From assembly GCA_963753725.1 (NCBI GenBank), contig CAVWDI010000012.1:56320-120319 (forward strand): a stretch of DNA of 64,000 nt. The letters run 5' to 3'. The translations under genes and the position numbers were made by a program. The DNA comes from an uncultured Chloroflexia bacterium (GTDB taxonomy: Bacteria > Chloroflexota > Anaerolineae > Anaerolineales > UBA4823). The notes under the pieces are model-generated. The model ran no database searches. It saw only the letters and a program-made list of their open reading frames with translations, and had not been told where the DNA came from. Of the stretch, positions 27,250 to 36,447 are shown in pieces (within the stretch, counting starts at the first letter, position 1; every line of letters starts with the position of its first letter).

Positions 27250-29040
27250 CTATTTATGCTTTTCGATATCTTCTTGCACAAGTTCAACGAATTCGTTGAC
27301 TGGTAGTGCACCGAGATTTTCTTCATTGCGTAGACGCACCGCAACAGCTCCGGCTTCAACTTCACGATCGCCTATTACAAGCATGTAAGGAATCTTTTGC
27401 ATTTGAGCATTCCGGATTTTAGCGTTCATCCTTTCGCTGCGATCATCAACGTCAACACGTATACCATTCTCCCTCAATTGAGCCGCGACCGAGTTAGCGT
27501 ATTCAATATGTTTGTCTGTTATGGGTATTATCACAGCTTGTATGGGTGACAACCACACAGGGAATGCCCCGCTGAAATGTTCAATCAAAACTCCCATAAA
27601 TCGTTCCATGGATCCCAACAAGGCTCTGTGAATCATATACGGCCGGTGTTCTTGACCGTCATCTCCAATATAATTAAGATCGAAACGTTCTGGCAATGTG
27701 AAATCGAATTGAATGGTCGTTAACTGCCATTCACGGCCAAGTGCGTCTTTGATTTTTAAGTCTATTTTTGGTCCATAAAATGTGGCTTCGCCCTCATCAA
27801 TTTGAAACGGGATACCCGCCTTTTCAAGCGCTATCCGCAGCGCCTCCGTCGGCGCTTCCCACTCTTCGGGTTTCCCGGCAGACTTTTCGGGATTGCGTGT
27901 GGACAGGTAGGCCTGGAAGTCTGAAAAACCAAAGTCACGTAAAAGATTTAAGCTGAAATCCAGCACTCTATCGATCTCTTCCGGCATCTGGTCGGGGCGG
28001 CAAAAGAGGTGGGCATCATCCTGGGTAAAACCGCGCACCCGCAGCAGACCGTGCAGCACGCCGCTGCGCTCGTAGCGGTAAACAGTACCCCACTCTGCGT
28101 AGCGCAGCGGAAGGTCACGGTAAGAACGCAATTGACTCTTATAGATTTCAATGTGGAAAGGGCAGTTCATCGGCTTGAGATAGTACTGTTGTTCTTCGAT
28201 ATCCAATGGAGAATACATATTCTCCTTATACCAATCCAGATGTCCGCTGGTCTCCCACAAAGTGGATTTGCCTATATGCGGTGAATACACAAAATCGTAA
28301 CCACCTTTTTCGTGCTCGGCCATGCAGTAGTCTTCGGCAATTTTTCTAACCATGCCTCCTTTAGGATGCCAGAGTATCAAACCTGGACCGACCTCTTCGC
28401 TTACACTGAATAGATCAAGTTCTTTTCCCAGCCGGCGATGGTCTCTTTTACGCGCTTCTTCAATTTTCCAGAGATATTCTTCCAGTTCCGCAGCGGTATT
28501 CCAGGCAGTACCATATACTCGCTGGAGCATGGGTTTGTTTTCATCTCCGCGCCAATAAGCTCCGGCTACATTCAGGAGTTTCAGTGCATCGGGATTGATC
28601 TTTGAAGTGTTATCCACATGTGGTCCCCGGCACAGGTCAATGAAGGTATCCTGTTTGTAAATCGAGATTTCGACCTCTTCTTCGATAGGTTCCCCATATT
28701 CATCAACGCCGCCAGCTTCAAGCCCATCAATTAACTCCAACTTATAGGGTTGGTCGCCGAATATTTGACGGGCTTCTTCCGCGGAAACGACTTGTTTTGA
28801 AAAATCAAAATCTCCAGCGATGATTTCCCGCATCCTTTTTTCGATTATCTCCAGATCTTCTGGGGTGAGAGTGCGCGGTAAATCGAAGTCATAATAAAAC
28901 CCTTCCGCAATGGGTGGTCCGATTGAGTATTTTGCCTCAGGGATCATTTCCAGGACTGCCTGAGCCATCACATGTGCCGTTGAATGCCGGATGCGATAAA
29001 GGTCGCTGTCCTCGTACCGTTCTTGAGTTACTTCGTTCAT
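27250..29040 (-). CDS. thrS: Threonine--tRNA ligase (no N-terminal TGS domain)
   Basis: 596 aa. It starts just before the editing-domain HSTAHVMAQAV motif. Class II motifs (FRDEL-like RGFTQDDAHLF, GTVYRYERSG) and the C-terminal anticodon-binding domain are present. AGGAGG RBS before ATG 29040. Confidence 0.95.
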   Translation of the reverse strand: MNEVTQERYEDSDLYRIRHSTAHVMAQAVLEMIPEAKYSIGPPIAEGFYYDFDLPRTLTPEDLEIIEKRMREIIAGDFDFSKQVVSAEEARQIFGDQPYKLELIDGLEAGGVDEYGEPIEEEVEISIYKQDTFIDLCRGPHVDNTSKINPDALKLLNVAGAYWRGDENKPMLQRVYGTAWNTAAELEEYLWKIEEARKRDHRRLGKELDLFSVSEEVGPGLILWHPKGGMVRKIAEDYCMAEHEKGGYDFVYSPHIGKSTLWETSGHLDWYKENMYSPLDIEEQQYYLKPMNCPFHIEIYKSQLRSYRDLPLRYAEWGTVYRYERSGVLHGLLRVRGFTQDDAHLFCRPDQMPEEIDRVLDFSLNLLRDFGFSDFQAYLSTRNPEKSAGKPEEWEAPTEALRIALEKAGIPFQIDEGEATFYGPKIDLKIKDALGREWQLTTIQFDFTLPERFDLNYIGDDGQEHRPYMIHRALLGSMERFMGVLIEHFSGAFPVWLSPIQAVIIPITDKHIEYANSVAAQLRENGIRVDVDDRSERMNAKIRNAQMQKIPYMLVIGDREVEAGAVAVRLRNEENLGALPVNEFVELVQEDIEKHK

Positions 29041-29104
29041 GATTAATCCTCCTGCTTATTCATACATTAGTCCAAAGATAGTAAATTCTCCATGGCGGAA
29101 AGGT

Positions 29105-29395
29105 TTGAAAAAAAGAAAAACCCTCGCCCGTTCTGGGGCGAGAGCTGAACATAATCTCCCACGGTTCCACCCAGATTCGCTCATTCGCAGAGCATCTCTG
29201 TTTGACTGATAACGGGGTCGTCCGTTTCCCTTACTGAGGCTCACAACAGTCCAAATGCAGCGCAAGCCTTTTCAGGTGCATGCTCACAGGTGGTTTTCGC
29301 CGGTATGGTTATCTTATATTCCGAAGAAGATTCTCAGTCTCAGGTCTCCTCTCCCTGTCGGTCCCAGACACGGTTACTCTTCCTGGTCAACGCGA
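29105..29395 (-). promoter_or_regulatory. T-box riboswitch leader of thrS (probable Thr ACC specifier)
   Basis: Minus strand shows AGAGUA and AGGGAGAGG stem-I elements and a candidate specifier ACC followed by A (plus-strand 29307-29309). The T-box core AAUCUGGGUGGAACCGUGGGA (about 29157-29177) is followed by the terminator CTCGCCC-CAGAAC-GGGCGAG plus a U-run (29108-29142). Confidence 0.75.
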
Positions 29396-29401
29396 TTTGA
29401 G

Positions 29402-29475
29402 TGGGCGGAACAGGACTCGAACCTGCGACCTCTGCGATGTCAACGCAGCGCTCTAACCAGCTGAGCTATCCGCCC
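29402..29475 (-). tRNA. tRNA-Val (anticodon GAC)
   Basis: Hand-folded cloverleaf: acceptor GGGCGGA/TCCGCCC, D arm GCTC-AGCTGGTTA-GAGC, anticodon arm CTGCG-TTGACAT-CGCAG, variable AGGTC, T arm GCAGG-TTCGAGT-CCTGT, discriminator A. CCA is not encoded. Confidence 0.9.
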
Positions 29476-29485
29476 GCGCTCGTCG

Positions 29486-29514
29486 ATTATACAACCTCAC
29501 CACAAAATTAGCAA
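29486..29514 (-). promoter_or_regulatory. Candidate promoter driving tRNA-Val (and probably the thrS leader)
   Basis: On the minus strand, TTGCTA (29514-29509), a 17-nt spacer, then a perfect TATAAT (29491-29486). The predicted start is ~8 nt before the mature tRNA 5' end. Confidence 0.55.
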
Positions 29515-29527
29515 GTTGCAGCACAAA

Positions 29528-30295
29528 TTACAAACGGATTTTATTCATGAACTTATTTATTGCGAACTCTACCGCTTGCGGTTGTTCCATCATCACCATG
29601 TGACCGGCGTCCGGAATAATTTCAAGTTCAGATTTTTGAATTTTACTGGAAAGAAAGTGAGAATAACGAATTGGAGTCATATTATCATCGACACCGCAAA
29701 TAATTATTGTTGGTTGATGTATATTTGATATGTTGGTGGTTTCATCGAATTCGTCACACACGCGCAGGTCTCCATATAGCACACTCTGCCGAGTTTCTAA
29801 CATACGCTTTGTCGCCAATTCGACCAATCTTTCGGAAGTAATTGGACTGAAGGACAATTTAGTGATTTTTACTACTGCATTGTCGAACGTGGTCACACTC
29901 GATGTGTTGTCCAGTAAATCAGGATGCACACGAAGTGAGGCCCCAGCCCCAATCAATCCGAGTCCGGCCACAAAATCCGGATAGTTCAGAGCCAGTCTGA
30001 TAGCGATAGCGCTTCCCATAGAATGACCGATAAATACGGCCTGGTTTAATTCCATTTTCCGCATCCATTTGAGAATATCAGCCACATAAGCATCAATAGA
30101 TTGGCGGCCACGACCCGGGGATTTGCCGTGACCAGGCAAATCCAACGAGTGTATGCGGTATCCTGGCAGCCTGCGGATTCCTGGCGGCCAGAAAAGGTGA
30201 TTGCCTCCAGCGCCGTGAATTAATACAATGGGCGGGTTAATTCCTGATGAAGTACTGGAGAATGAGTAATAATAGATTTCAGATTCTATCGGCAT
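29528..30295 (-). CDS. Alpha/beta-fold hydrolase
   Basis: 255 aa. HGAGGN oxyanion region, GHSMGS nucleophile elbow, C-terminal D and GH(M) catalytic positions. Confidence 0.85.
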   Translation of the reverse strand: MPIESEIYYYSFSSTSSGINPPIVLIHGAGGNHLFWPPGIRRLPGYRIHSLDLPGHGKSPGRGRQSIDAYVADILKWMRKMELNQAVFIGHSMGSAIAIRLALNYPDFVAGLGLIGAGASLRVHPDLLDNTSSVTTFDNAVVKITKLSFSPITSERLVELATKRMLETRQSVLYGDLRVCDEFDETTNISNIHQPTIIICGVDDNMTPIRYSHFLSSKIQKSELEIIPDAGHMVMMEQPQAVEFAINKFMNKIRL

Positions 30296-30371
30296 AAGTA
30301 TTGCTAAAACTTAAAAATATATTTCGCGGGAATATAGCGTAATTTTTGAGGCAAACACAAATAATTTTTGC

Positions 30372-30977
30372 TTACCGCATGTTCTGGATAAGTTTTGTGA
30401 GAATGGGCAGAGCAGCCTGGACAGCCTGACCCCGGTGGCTGATCTTGTTCTTCTGGGTCATAGATAATTCCGCCATTGTTTTATCAAATTCTGGTAACAG
30501 GAATATTGGATCGTAACCAAAACCACCTTCGCCTCTTTCCTCCGAGATGATTTCACCTGGACAAATACCTTCTGAATATAAAACCTCCCCAGCAGGCGTA
30601 GCGATTGCTACAACCGATCTGAAACGTGCTGTCCAGGGTTTCGGTACCCCCATTAAGATTGATAAGAGATGATGGCGGCGGTCAAGATCAGTGGCATTTT
30701 CTTTGGTTGAGAAGCGCGCTGAGTGTAAACCAGGTAAACCATCCAGGACATCTACCTCCAACCCCGAGTCATCTGCCAGGGAAACCAAACCACTGGCTGC
30801 TGCAAAAGCTGCGGCTTTTAAATATGCGTTTTCCTTGTATGTACTTCCGTCTTCTGGTACCTCCAGTTCTATATTAAGTTGTCTGGGTGTGAGTATGTTC
30901 AAAGAAATTTCGCAGAGTATCGCTTTGATTTCTTGAAGTTTTCCTTGATTATTACTGGCTAATAATAAATCTGGCAT
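30372..30977 (-). CDS. rdgB: dITP/XTP pyrophosphatase (RdgB/HAM1 family)
   Basis: 201 aa. LASNNQGKLQEI, DDSGLEVD, GFGYDPIF and SHRGQA motifs. Confidence 0.9.
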   Translation of the reverse strand: MPDLLLASNNQGKLQEIKAILCEISLNILTPRQLNIELEVPEDGSTYKENAYLKAAAFAAASGLVSLADDSGLEVDVLDGLPGLHSARFSTKENATDLDRRHHLLSILMGVPKPWTARFRSVVAIATPAGEVLYSEGICPGEIISEERGEGGFGYDPIFLLPEFDKTMAELSMTQKNKISHRGQAVQAALPILTKLIQNMR

Positions 30978-31176
30978 TTATCATCCTGAAATTAGTTTAT
31001 CCGCTGTTGATATTACGCACCAGGAGTTGCATTTATCCCCTTTCAGCTGATGTTTTGGTTTAAATTCGGTATGTTATAATCGCGAACGATTTCTAATCCA
31101 TTGTAACAGAGTTGCACCCATCCTCTCCAACGCAGAATAGAACCAGTCCGTTGGAATTTTTCTAGTTGGTACCTCA

Positions 31177-31692
31177 GTGAACGACTCAAGAAATTTACTC
31201 CGGCTAAACGTCGGCTTTATCATTCATGAAACAGTCGGTTTCGGCCGCGAGTTTGAAATAAGCGCTGAAAAAATCCACCTGAATCCGGATTTGAATTTAG
31301 AGTATTTAAATTGTAACGTAATGATCACCCGAACGGCTCACGGATTGCTGCTGCAAGTTCAAATGGGTGCTTCTATAATTATTGAATGTGTTCGCTGCCT
31401 GGATACATTTTCCCAGGAACTTCAAATTGATTTTACAGATCTGTATACCTTCGCCCAACATGTGGGAGATAGTTCCGACCTGATCGTTCCTGAAGATGGG
31501 GTGTTGGACTTGGCCCCCTCTATTCGAGAAGAGATTTTTTTAGCGATCCCAATAAATCCGCAGTGTTCTTTGGACTGTAAAGGGTTATGTCCAGTATGTG
31601 GAGAGAACCGAAATAATGTGGATTGCCAACATGAACAGGAAATAATTGACCCTCGCATGGAGGCGTTGAAATCACTTCTTGATGAAGAGTGA
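31177..31692 (+). CDS. DUF177 (YceD-like) protein
   Basis: 171 aa. C-terminal CxxDCKGLCPVCGENRNxxxCxC zinc-ribbon-like motif characteristic of YceD/DUF177. GTG start. Confidence 0.85.
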   Translation: MNDSRNLLRLNVGFIIHETVGFGREFEISAEKIHLNPDLNLEYLNCNVMITRTAHGLLLQVQMGASIIIECVRCLDTFSQELQIDFTDLYTFAQHVGDSSDLIVPEDGVLDLAPSIREEIFLAIPINPQCSLDCKGLCPVCGENRNNVDCQHEQEIIDPRMEALKSLLDEE

Positions 31693-31752
31693 TCACACTG
31701 AGATATAAAGCGGACCTGTCTTGTTATTTTATTCATCTCAAATAAGAGGAAA

Positions 31753-33539
31753 ATGATGTCAAAGAATATACTTGTTGCCGTAGCATGGCCTTATGCCAAC
31801 TCGTTGATTCATGTCGGTAATATTACCGGCGCGTATTTGCCCGCTGACATTTATGCACGCTACAACCGTTTGATTGGTAATCATGTGATTATGGTATCTG
31901 GATCGGATGCCCATGGAACCCCTGTCGCAGTGCGAGCGGACGCGATGGGACGAACACCGCTGGAAGTATATGAAGAATATCACCTCGGTTTTATCGAATT
32001 ATTTCAAAAACTTGGATCTGACATACGACCTGTTCACGAGTACACATACAGATAATCATTTTAAGGTGTCCCAATCCATCTTCCTGGCATTATTAGAAAA
32101 TAAATATTTGTATACAGATCGCCAGGAGCAGTGGTATATGCCCTCCCAAATGAGGTTCCTGCCGGATCGATTTGTAGAAGGGACATGCTATATATGTGGT
32201 TTCACAAGCGCCAGGGGTGATCAATGTGACAACTGCGGTAATTTATTGGATGCCTCCCTGCTTGAAAATCCCAGATCAAAAATCGATGGATCGCCGCCTG
32301 AACTTAGAGAAACCGAGCATTTCTATCTCGATCTTGGCGCATTGCAGCCTGCCATTGTTGAATTCCTGCAAGAACGGGAGGGTTATTTGCGACCAAATGT
32401 ACTGCGGCAATCCCTGGGCCAAATTCTGGCCAAAGGACTGCACGGCCGCGCGATTACGCGTGATCTGGATTGGGGAATACCCGTTCCGGTCGAAGGTTGG
32501 GATGGTAAATGCCTGTATGTCTGGTTTGAGGCTGTTATCGGTTATCTATCGGCAGCCATAGAGTGGGCTAAATTAGAAGGACAGCCAGATGAATGGGAAA
32601 ATTGGTGGACGAATCAGGAATTCGCGAGCCTACTATTTTATTGGCAAGGACAATATTCCCTTCCATGCCGTGATCTGGCCCGGGCAATTGTACGGAGTTA
32701 GTGAGTGGTTCGGGAAAATTTTTAACGGTAAGGAAGGCTTGAAATTGATGCTTCCGTACGATGTCCCGGCGAATGAGTATATGAATATGGAGCGGCAGAA
32801 AATATCCGGCAGCCGAAACTGGGCAGTTTGGGGACTGGATTTCCTCTCGCGTTTCGATCCTGACCCGCTGCGATATTATCTGACTGTCAATATGCCTGAA
32901 AGTAAGGACACCGATTGGGATTGGGATGACTTTGTTCGCCGGAATAATGATGAGCTGGTTGCAACCTGGGGCAACCTGGCCAATCGGGTGTTATCTTTTG
33001 CTTACAAACACTGGGGTGGACATGTGCCCGATCCAGGTGAACTGCGTGCAGCAGATGTAGAGATATTGGATAAGATAGAGAGCGGTTTCCAGACCGTGGG
33101 CGCACAATTAGATGCGGTTCATTTACGGGCGGCTTTGAATGAGGTGATGCGTCTGGCATCCGAAGTTAATAAATATCTGGATGACAATGCGCCTTGGTTT
33201 GAAATCAAGAGCGACAAAGACCAGGCCGCAAAAACGATCTATACAGCTCTTCAGGCGATTGACTTTTTGAAAGTGTTGTTCGCACCCTTCCTGCCATTCT
33301 CCAGCGAACGCTTGAATTTATTCCTGGGTCACAAAAAACCTCTGTTTGGGGAGCAGTTTGTGGAATCAGTGACCGATTCGTTAGGAGAACACAGTGTGCT
33401 GCGTTACAAGAAGGGTGAGGCAAATGGGAGTTGGGAACCCAGCCAGTTGCCGGCCGGGCAAATTCTAAATAAACCTTCTCCTCTCTTCAAAAAACTTGAA
33501 CCAGGCATAGCTGACGAAGAGCGAGCGAGGTTAGGATAA
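31753..33539 (+). CDS. metG: Methionine--tRNA ligase (two frame breaks near 32020 and 32620, likely indel artefacts)
   Basis: Fragments 31753-32055, 31907-32701 and 32589-33539 join as one MetRS. It shows AWPYANSLIHVGN (HIGH-type), a zinc knuckle CYICGFTSARGDQCDNCG, YYFIGKDNIPFHAVIWP and KISGSRN (KMSKS-type). The second ATG at 31756 has better SD spacing. Confidence 0.9.
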
Positions 33540-33550
33540 TCGTTTAATTA

Positions 33551-34313
33551 TTAAGCTGTGAACCCAGGTTGGTTTGGATTCCTCAAATACCAGCGCATAT
33601 CCTGCGGGTTAAAAATTAATTCATATACTTTATCGATAGGAACCATGACTAAGAAATGTCTGAAGCCATCTTTTTCCCATTGGCGTCCTACGGAATCAAC
33701 CCTGTGTTTCACACCCTTGGAGGAAAATCCTGTCGGTTGAATTTCCCCATTCTTTTCAAAACTTACCCAAACTTCAACGGGATCCCTGGAGGAGATTCTT
33801 TTTTCAAGGCTTCTTTGATCCACATGTACAATCTCTTTGCCTTCCAGGTAACTAGATAAAAGATATAGCGCTTGGTTTGCCGCCTGTTCTTTGATCTGTG
33901 CTCGATTTCCAACCCAGTTGTTTTCCCATGCCTGTTCAAACCCAGCAGCTGCTATCCCGATCCATACTAAACCGACGGGTTTTTCAATTGTCCCGCCGCC
34001 AGGTCCCGCGATCCCGCTGACAGATAATCCAATATCCGAATTAAGCGCTTTACGTACGCCGCAAGCCATTTCCAATACCGTTTCCGAACTTACTGCGCCA
34101 TATGCTTCCAGTGTATCCAGGGGTACACCAAGCATTTTGTGTTTGATTTCATTTGAATAAACCTGCGCACCCCCTAAATAGTAGTCAGAAGAACCAGGCA
34201 CATTGGTAAGCAGGTGTCCGATTAAACCGCCAGTGCATGATTTCAGCGGTAGCCAGGTTGAGTTGGTGTTTTCTAAGTAAATCACCCACATATTCTTCGA
34301 TATTTTTTGGCAT
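33551..34313 (-). CDS. CinA C-terminal (PncC-like nicotinamide-nucleotide amidase) domain protein with an unassigned ~95-aa C-terminal extension (one frame break at the T3 run 34241-34243)
   Basis: ATG 34313 opens MPKNIEEYVGDLLRKHQLNLATAE. Removing one base of the A3/T3 run restores ATAESCTGGLIGHLLTNVPGSS, the CinA_C signature. SGIAGPGGG follows, and the last ~95 aa have no recognisable family. Confidence 0.75.
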
Positions 34314-34371
34314 ATCGTTGTAATTATATCTTCAATTTATACTTTCATCCTGCTCATGTTAAAATATTATT

Positions 34372-36237
34372 GTGAATAAAACCTCGCAGAAAATTGAAAG
34401 GATAATCGACAACCTGCCGACAAAACCTGGGTGTTATCTGATGAAAGATGCGTCAGGGAAGGTAATTTATGTCGGCAAGGCTATAAATCTGCGTTCTCGG
34501 GTTCGATCCTATTTTCATCGCAGCGCTAAACACAGCGCCAAGGTTGATGAACTGGTGCGGCGGATCTTTGATATTGAATGGATTATCGTCGACTCTGAGC
34601 TGGAAGCGTTGATCCTTGAGAACAACCTTATTAAAAAGCACCGCCCCCATTTTAATGTTCGCTTGAAGGATGACAAGACATATCCATATATCCGCGTTCA
34701 TTGGGGAGACCCGTTCCCCAAAGTCACGATTACGCGCCGCATGGAATTAGACGGCTCGCGCTACTTCGGGCCCTATACCAGTGTATGGGCAGTACACCAA
34801 ACAATGGATGTGATGCGCCGCATATTTCCATTTTTAACCTGTGACCGCGAAATAACCGGACAGGATAAACGAGCTTGTCTGTATCTTGACATCAAGCTGT
34901 GCAGCGCTCCATGCATCGGGGCGATAGATCAAAAAAATTATCGCCTGATGATTGATGATTTATGTAATTTCCTGGATGGAAGAACCGAAAAGATCGTAGA
35001 TCGTTTACGATTCCAGATGGAGCAAGAGGCGGGTGATTTGAAATTTGAGCGAGCTGCCGCATTGCGCGACCAGATAGATGCAATTGATAAAGTGGTTGAG
35101 CGTCAAAAGGTTGTTTCGAGTGAGTACATCGATTTGGATGTTCTGGCATTAGCCAGATCAAATAGTGATGCTTGCGTGCAGGTGTTCTTTATTCGGGGAG
35201 GAAAATTGATCGGTCGTGACTATTTTATGTTAGAAGGCACTGAAGACGCCGCAGATGCAGATGTTATGACTGAGTTTTTAAAACGATTTTATGATCAGGC
35301 GCCAAAAGTTCCATCACAGGTATTGCTTCCACATGAAGTGGAGGAAGCCAAGATAATCAAACAATGGTTGAAAAGTAAACGTTCAGACCAAAAAATTGAA
35401 ATCCGGGTACCACGGCGTGGAAAAGAACGCGAATTATTAAAGATGGCCACTGAGAATGCCCTGGAAACATTAAATTCAGTAAAGGCACAGTGGGAATCAG
35501 ACCGCCACCGTCAGGAAATCGCTCTAGCTGAATTACAAGCCGCGCTCGAGCTACCAAAGCCGCTCAACCGCATCGAGTGCTATGACATTTCAAATACACA
35601 AGGTACGGCTGCTGTGGGCAGTATGGTCGTTTTTGAACGGGGAGTTCCAAATAAAAAGTTATACAGGCGGTTCAACATTCGCAGCGTCGAGGGGCCTGAT
35701 GATTTCGCAAGCATGGAAGAAGTACTTTCACGCAGGTTTAACCGCTGGCATGCAGCCCAGGAAAAATTGAAAGAACCAGGTAAGAAAGCAGATCGGGCGT
35801 TCTCAAGTTTGCCTGATTTGTTAATTGTTGATGGAGGCAAGGGGCAGCTGGGACGTGCGGTAGAAGTACTTAAGAAGTCTGGTTTGTCAGATCAGGTCCC
35901 TGTTGCGGGGTTGGCAAAACAAAAGGAGGAAATATTCCTCCCGTTGCGCACGAAACCCATTCTCCTGGCTCGAAAATCCCAGGGATTATACCTGGTGCAA
36001 CGTGTCAGAGATGAGGCTCACCGCTTCGCAATCACCTCGCACAGACAAAAACGCACAAAAACAGGTTTAGCATCCCGTCTGGAAGAAGTTCCCGGTATAG
36101 GTCCAGCGAAAAGGAAGGCGTTATTAAATAAATTTGGATCGATTAAAAAGATAAAGGGTGCTACACTTGAAGAACTGGCATCAGTTGATGGGATTACTCC
36201 CAATCTGGTAAGGGCATTGAAGGACAATTTGGAATGA
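34372..36237 (+). CDS. uvrC: Excinuclease ABC subunit C
   Basis: 621 aa. GIY-YIG N-terminus (PGCYLMKDASGKVIYVGKA ... LENNLIKKHRP), UvrBC domain (FERAAALRDQI), Endo V-like and C-terminal (HhH)2 region. GTG start at 34372. Confidence 0.95.
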   Translation: MNKTSQKIERIIDNLPTKPGCYLMKDASGKVIYVGKAINLRSRVRSYFHRSAKHSAKVDELVRRIFDIEWIIVDSELEALILENNLIKKHRPHFNVRLKDDKTYPYIRVHWGDPFPKVTITRRMELDGSRYFGPYTSVWAVHQTMDVMRRIFPFLTCDREITGQDKRACLYLDIKLCSAPCIGAIDQKNYRLMIDDLCNFLDGRTEKIVDRLRFQMEQEAGDLKFERAAALRDQIDAIDKVVERQKVVSSEYIDLDVLALARSNSDACVQVFFIRGGKLIGRDYFMLEGTEDAADADVMTEFLKRFYDQAPKVPSQVLLPHEVEEAKIIKQWLKSKRSDQKIEIRVPRRGKERELLKMATENALETLNSVKAQWESDRHRQEIALAELQAALELPKPLNRIECYDISNTQGTAAVGSMVVFERGVPNKKLYRRFNIRSVEGPDDFASMEEVLSRRFNRWHAAQEKLKEPGKKADRAFSSLPDLLIVDGGKGQLGRAVEVLKKSGLSDQVPVAGLAKQKEEIFLPLRTKPILLARKSQGLYLVQRVRDEAHRFAITSHRQKRTKTGLASRLEEVPGIGPAKRKALLNKFGSIKKIKGATLEELASVDGITPNLVRALKDNLE

Positions 36238-36312
36238 GTGCCCGCCAGATTGTTATCGAATTGTTGAGATCGTGGTAATTTATACAGCATAAAAATTTTC
36301 TTGGAGAGTCAT

Positions 36313-36435
36313 ATGGCGAAGAATAAAAAACGGAGCAGAAGCGTTCAGCGGAGTGTACGCATTCAACAAATTGTTTTTATTTTTATTGGTGTGATCGTAA
36401 TCTTATCTATGGTCCTCGCAATGGTCGCTAATTAA
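36313..36435 (+). CDS. Candidate 40-aa single-pass membrane protein
   Basis: ATG 36313 sits 4 nt after GGAGAG. The product MAKNKKRSRSVQRSVRIQQIVFIFIGVIVILSMVLAMVAN has a basic N-terminus and one TM helix. Below the ORF-track size cut-off. Confidence 0.3.
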   Translation: MAKNKKRSRSVQRSVRIQQIVFIFIGVIVILSMVLAMVAN

Positions 36436-36447
36436 CATCACGGGGGA

